Source: an uncultured Chloroflexia bacterium
GTDB lineage: Bacteria; Chloroflexota; Dehalococcoidia; DSTF01; JACRBR01
Reading direction: 5' to 3'
DNA length: 64,000 nucleotides
Assembly (NCBI GenBank): GCA_963743185.1
Contig: CAVUOT010000002.1
Coordinates: 261,781 to 325,780 of the forward strand
Part shown: in pieces, positions 60,542 through 64,000 of the stretch
Layout: every line of letters starts with the position of its first letter
Numbering within the stretch: the stretch's first letter is position 1
The notes under the pieces: generated by a model
The model's database searches: none
Told to the model about the DNA's origin: nothing
Seen by the model: only the letters and a program-made list of their open reading frames with translations
Program-made: the position numbers and the translations under genes

Positions 60542-61396
60542 ATGACGGAGCCCGTCTCACGCTACTACTGGTCCCAGCGGCTGAAACTGCACTACGTCGT
60601 CTGGGGCGACGAATCGGCCCCCCCGCTCCTTCTCATCCACGGCAACCGCGACCATGCGCGCACGTGGGATCAGGTGGCCGTGCAGTTGAAGCGCGAGTAC
60701 TGCGTCTATGCCGTCGACCTGCGCGGGCACGGCGACAGCCAGTGGTCGGTCGGCAGCCAGTACAGCCTCCCGGAGTTCGTGCTGGATGTCGCGATGCTGG
60801 GCCGCGAGCTCAACCGCAACCCTCTGACGGTCATCGGCCACTCACTCGGCGGCGCCGTAGCCCTGGAGTACACCGGCGTCTTCCCGCAGTTCGTGAAGAA
60901 GGTCGTGGCAGTCGAGGGCCTCGGGCCGCCGCTCAGGGAGCCCGTGTCCGCATCGGCGCGCATGCGGTCGTGGATAGGGCAGATGCAGGAGTTCGATACG
61001 CGGAAGCCGCGGCGGTACGCGTCGCTGGAGGATGCGACGAAACGGATGCTGGAGGAGAATCCGCATCTCACCGACGAGATGGCCCGGCACCTGACGCTGC
61101 ACGGAATGCGCCCGAACGACGACGGGACGCTGGGCTGGAAATTCGACAACTACGTGCGGCTGCACTCGCCGTACGAGTTCAACATCGCCGAAGCGCGCGA
61201 AATTTGGAACCAGATCCGATGCCCCGCCCTGCTGATCCGCGGTTCCGAAAGCTGGGCATCCGATCCGGAGCAGGACGGAAAGGCAACGGCGTTCCACAAC
61301 TACGAGAGCGTGCAGGTGAAGGACGCCGGGCACTGGGTACACCACGACCAGCTAGCCGTGTTTATGAATATCGTCTGGGACTTCCTGCGCGCGTAA
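60542..61396 (+). CDS. Alpha/beta-fold hydrolase.
   Basis: LLLIHGNRDHARTWD...VIGHSLGGAVAL gives the GHSLG nucleophile elbow. Confidence 0.8.
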   Translation: MTEPVSRYYWSQRLKLHYVVWGDESAPPLLLIHGNRDHARTWDQVAVQLKREYCVYAVDLRGHGDSQWSVGSQYSLPEFVLDVAMLGRELNRNPLTVIGHSLGGAVALEYTGVFPQFVKKVVAVEGLGPPLREPVSASARMRSWIGQMQEFDTRKPRRYASLEDATKRMLEENPHLTDEMARHLTLHGMRPNDDGTLGWKFDNYVRLHSPYEFNIAEAREIWNQIRCPALLIRGSESWASDPEQDGKATAFHNYESVQVKDAGHWVHHDQLAVFMNIVWDFLRA

Positions 61397-61497
61397 ACGC
61401 CGATCCGCGCCGACGCCCATTGCGTTTGGCACGATCTCGCCGATTCGCTACCGATCGCGATCTAACGTTCCGGCGGTCGGTGCGCTCTCGGTCGCCG

Positions 61498-62598
61498 CTA
61501 CCGGCCGACGAGGGTGACAGCGCTCGCGGCCGCTTCGAGGAAGATCGCCAAGTCAGATGCGTCATCCAGGGCTTCCGCGAGGAGCGATGCGTCGTCAATG
61601 GCGACCTGCGCCACGGTGCGGTGGACGGGCGACGCGTCGCCCGTCCACTCTTCCCGGACGTGCATGTGCGCGCTCTCGGGGTGCGTCTGGACGATGAACG
61701 CTGCCTCGGACGTGCAGACCTTGACCTCCGTCAAGCGGGCCGCGTGCTGGCCGCCCGCCGCCAGTGTCACGGTCACGCCGCGCGTTCCGTCGTACAGCGT
61801 GGCGGTGATGCGCTCCGCATCACGCCGCACCTCGGCGAGCGCAAGGCCGAGGCGCGAGATGAACCAGCCAGCTACCAGGAGCATCTCGCTTGAGATGCCG
61901 GCGCCTCCGCTGATCTCGATGCTCTCGAGCTGCGACAGGCGGTGCGGACCGTCGTCACCATCGAAGAACTGAGCGAGCAGCGAGCGCCAGACGCCGGCGC
62001 GCCGCCAGGCCAGGTCGCAGATCGCGACATCGTGCCGCCTGCGCGCGCCCAGCGCCGCCTGCAGCGACGCGGCTGCGTCGCCCGCGTCAGCGGAGTCGAC
62101 GAACACGACCTCCGCGCTGTCGATGAGCTCAGACACGAGATACGAGTCCAGCTCGATCGGGCCGATCACCCAGACGACCAGCGGCAGTTCGGTCACCAGG
62201 AGCGCGAGCACGGTCGAGGCGAGCGCACGGTCGTCGGCCGGACCGGCCTTCAAGATCACTTCTTCGGAACAGACGTGCCGCCCATCGCCCGACGTGCGCC
62301 AGCAGTGCGCCGAGATCGAAGCTTCCAGGCCTCGGCGTTCGGGCGACGTCACCGCCAGCACGCCGCGGCATGGATGACGTTGGGGGAGCGACTCCATCAC
62401 GCGCTCGAAGCGGTCGACGGTCCATGTCTCCGGGCCGACACCAACGAAATTGAGCGTCCGTAACCGAATCGACGAGTCGTCGCCGCCCGCCGCCGCCGTC
62501 TCGCGCCAGACGCTCATGAACTCCTCTTCGATCGCCGCGGGCGAGACGGAGATCGGGCGGTCTTCGAGACGGTCAATGCCGCTCACATCCGGTGCCAT
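61498..62598 (-). CDS. opcA: Glucose-6-phosphate dehydrogenase assembly protein OpcA.
   Basis: The OpcA N- and C-terminal domain pattern (RLRTLNFVGV...LPLVVWVIGP). It overlaps the zwf stop. Confidence 0.75.
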   Translation of the reverse strand: MAPDVSGIDRLEDRPISVSPAAIEEEFMSVWRETAAAGGDDSSIRLRTLNFVGVGPETWTVDRFERVMESLPQRHPCRGVLAVTSPERRGLEASISAHCWRTSGDGRHVCSEEVILKAGPADDRALASTVLALLVTELPLVVWVIGPIELDSYLVSELIDSAEVVFVDSADAGDAAASLQAALGARRRHDVAICDLAWRRAGVWRSLLAQFFDGDDGPHRLSQLESIEISGGAGISSEMLLVAGWFISRLGLALAEVRRDAERITATLYDGTRGVTVTLAAGGQHAARLTEVKVCTSEAAFIVQTHPESAHMHVREEWTGDASPVHRTVAQVAIDDASLLAEALDDASDLAIFLEAAASAVTLVGR

Positions 62599-64000
62599 TC
62601 GCGCCCATCCTGTTCGATCAAACCCCGTGCCGCGTCGGGTCCCCAGCTGCCCGCTTCATACTGCAGCAGCGGCGACGCCCCCTCGGCCCACGCATCCAGC
62701 ACGGGCGTCATCAACTCCCACGACGCCTCCACGCCGTCCCAGCGAGTGAACAGCGTGGAATCGCCGAGCATCGCATCCAGCAGCAGTCGCTCGTACGCCT
62801 CCGGCGGCTCAACGCCGAACGAGCTGCCGTAGCGGAAGTCCATGCTCACCGGGCGCACGTCGGAACGCGTACCCGGCACCTTGGCCCCGATGCGCAGCGA
62901 GATGCCCTCGTCAGGCTGGATGCGAAGGACCAGGAGGTTCGGCGTCGGGTTGTCGCTGCCCATCTGGCGGAAGAGCTGCAGCGGCGCCGTGTTGAACGTG
63001 ATGGCGACTTCCGTCGCTCGCTTGGGGAGCCGTTTGCCGACGCGGAGATAGAACGGCACACCCGACCAGCGCCAGTTGTCGATCTGCAGGCGCATCGCAG
63101 CATAGGTCTCGGTGCGAGAATCGGGCGCCACGCCCACCTCCTCGCGGTAGCCGGGCACCATCGCGCCGAGGATAGCGCCCGCCGCGTACTGCCCGCGGAC
63201 GGTGTCTCGTCCGACGTTCTCGATCGGCCTGACCGCGTGGAACACCTTCGCCTTTTCGTCGCGCACCGCGTCACCCACGAACGACGCGACCGGCTCCATT
63301 GCGACGAGCGCCATCACTTGCATGAGGTGGTTCTGCAGCATGTCGCGTAGCGCGCCCGACTCCTCGTAGTACGCGCCGCGGCCTTCAACCCCGACCGTCT
63401 CGGCGACGGACACCTGCACGTTGTCCACGTAGCGCCGGTTCCAGATGGGCTCGAAAATGCCGTTGGCGAAACGGAAGACCATGATGTTCTGCACGGTCTC
63501 TTTGCCCAGGTAGTGGTCGATGCGGTAGATGTAGCGCTCGCGGAACACCTGTCCCAACCCCTGATCGAGCGCGCGGGCCGACGCGAGGTCGCGGCCAAAC
63601 GGCTTCTCCACCACAAGCCGGGTCCAGGCGCCCGGCCGCGTCGGCGTCGCCAGCTGCGCCTCTCCGAGGCGCTGAACGATGGTCGCGTACGCATCGGGCG
63701 GAGTCGCCAGGTAGAACAGCCGGTTGCCGGCGGCGCCGTGCGCCTCATCCTGTTTGCCGAGCCGCTCGCCCAGCCGCGTGTAGGCATTCGCATCGTCGAA
63801 GCTGCCTGTGACGTAGTGCAGATTGCGGGCGAAACTGTCCCAAATCTCGTCATGCACGCCCTCGCGCGAGAACTTCGTGACAGCTTCTTTCATCTCGGCG
63901 CGGAACTGCTCGTCGGTCTTCTCGCGCCTGGCGAAGCCCACGACAGAGAAGCCGCTGGGCAGCAGCCGCTCGCGCGCAAGGTTGTAGAGCGCCGGCATCA
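62583..64000 (-). CDS. zwf: Glucose-6-phosphate 1-dehydrogenase (the N-terminus lies beyond the window end).
   Basis: RIDHYLGKETVQNIMVFRFAN is the Zwf active-site block. EKPFGRDL... is also present. Confidence 0.9.
   Translation of the reverse strand, partial: MPALYNLARERLLPSGFSVVGFARREKTDEQFRAEMKEAVTKFSREGVHDEIWDSFARNLHYVTGSFDDANAYTRLGERLGKQDEAHGAAGNRLFYLATPPDAYATIVQRLGEAQLATPTRPGAWTRLVVEKPFGRDLASARALDQGLGQVFRERYIYRIDHYLGKETVQNIMVFRFANGIFEPIWNRRYVDNVQVSVAETVGVEGRGAYYEESGALRDMLQNHLMQVMALVAMEPVASFVGDAVRDEKAKVFHAVRPIENVGRDTVRGQYAAGAILGAMVPGYREEVGVAPDSRTETYAAMRLQIDNWRWSGVPFYLRVGKRLPKRATEVAITFNTAPLQLFRQMGSDNPTPNLLVLRIQPDEGISLRIGAKVPGTRSDVRPVSMDFRYGSSFGVEPPEAYERLLLDAMLGDSTLFTRWDGVEASWELMTPVLDAWAEGASPLLQYEAGSWGPDAARGLIEQDGREWHRM

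Noticed and set aside
1-64000. CRISPR arrays, IS or transposase genes, rRNA operons.
   Set aside because: No regularly spaced direct repeats were found. No DDE transposase or tyrosine integrase was seen. The only mobile-type gene is the serine recombinase at 40101-41510. No rRNA-like sequence was found.

Overview
This is a high-GC (about 70%) bacterial chromosomal window. The gene content suggests an Actinobacteria- or Chloroflexi-like organism, but I cannot place it more precisely from sequence alone. About 55 protein genes and 3 tRNA genes (Arg-CCG, Arg-TCG, His-GTG) are supported.

Main blocks, left to right:
- A partial secreted esterase, a UspA-family protein, an APH-like kinase, an amino-acid permease, mntH and a membrane-anchored cyclophilin.
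- A GH36 alpha-galactosidase, a YetF-family protein, a GNAT acetyltransferase, then dapF-miaA-tpiA-apgM.
- A lamin-tail-domain secreted protein, an acyl-CoA dehydrogenase, an amidase, purU, a second APH-like kinase and a serine hydrolase.
- An orphan NarG-like molybdoenzyme.
- A leucine/isovalerate catabolic cluster: scoBA, HMG-CoA lyase, methylcrotonyl-CoA carboxylase alpha and beta, and a divergent isovaleryl-CoA dehydrogenase, with a second amidase.
- A methyltransferase, a DUF4177 protein, RidA and an alcohol dehydrogenase.
- A compositionally atypical patch at 36.6-42.2 kb: a lower-GC DUF2971-like gene, tRNA-Arg, a frameshifted membrane protein with two tandem repeats, tRNA-His, RNase HIII, a large serine recombinase and a COG1579 zinc-ribbon protein.
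- A conserved housekeeping block: yceD-rpmF-fabD-fabG-nusB-acpP, tatB-tatC, TauE, a family-4 uracil-DNA glycosylase, RNase J and FtsK.
- Two ABC exporters, a family-5 solute-binding protein with dppBC-like permeases, an alpha/beta hydrolase, opcA and a partial zwf.

The most striking global property is a series of about 16-18 single-nucleotide frameshifts that split otherwise conserved genes, including essential ones (tpiA, miaA, apgM, purU). I interpret these as most likely sequencing or assembly indels rather than pseudogenes.

Most worth follow-up: the recombinase sitting between a COG1579 protein and RNase HIII, the tRNA-adjacent low-GC DUF2971 gene, the orphan NarG-like enzyme, and an unexplained 365-nt structured intergenic region.

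I found no CRISPR array, no IS transposase and no rRNA. Note that 'M' in the ORF track can stand for a GTG or TTG start codon.
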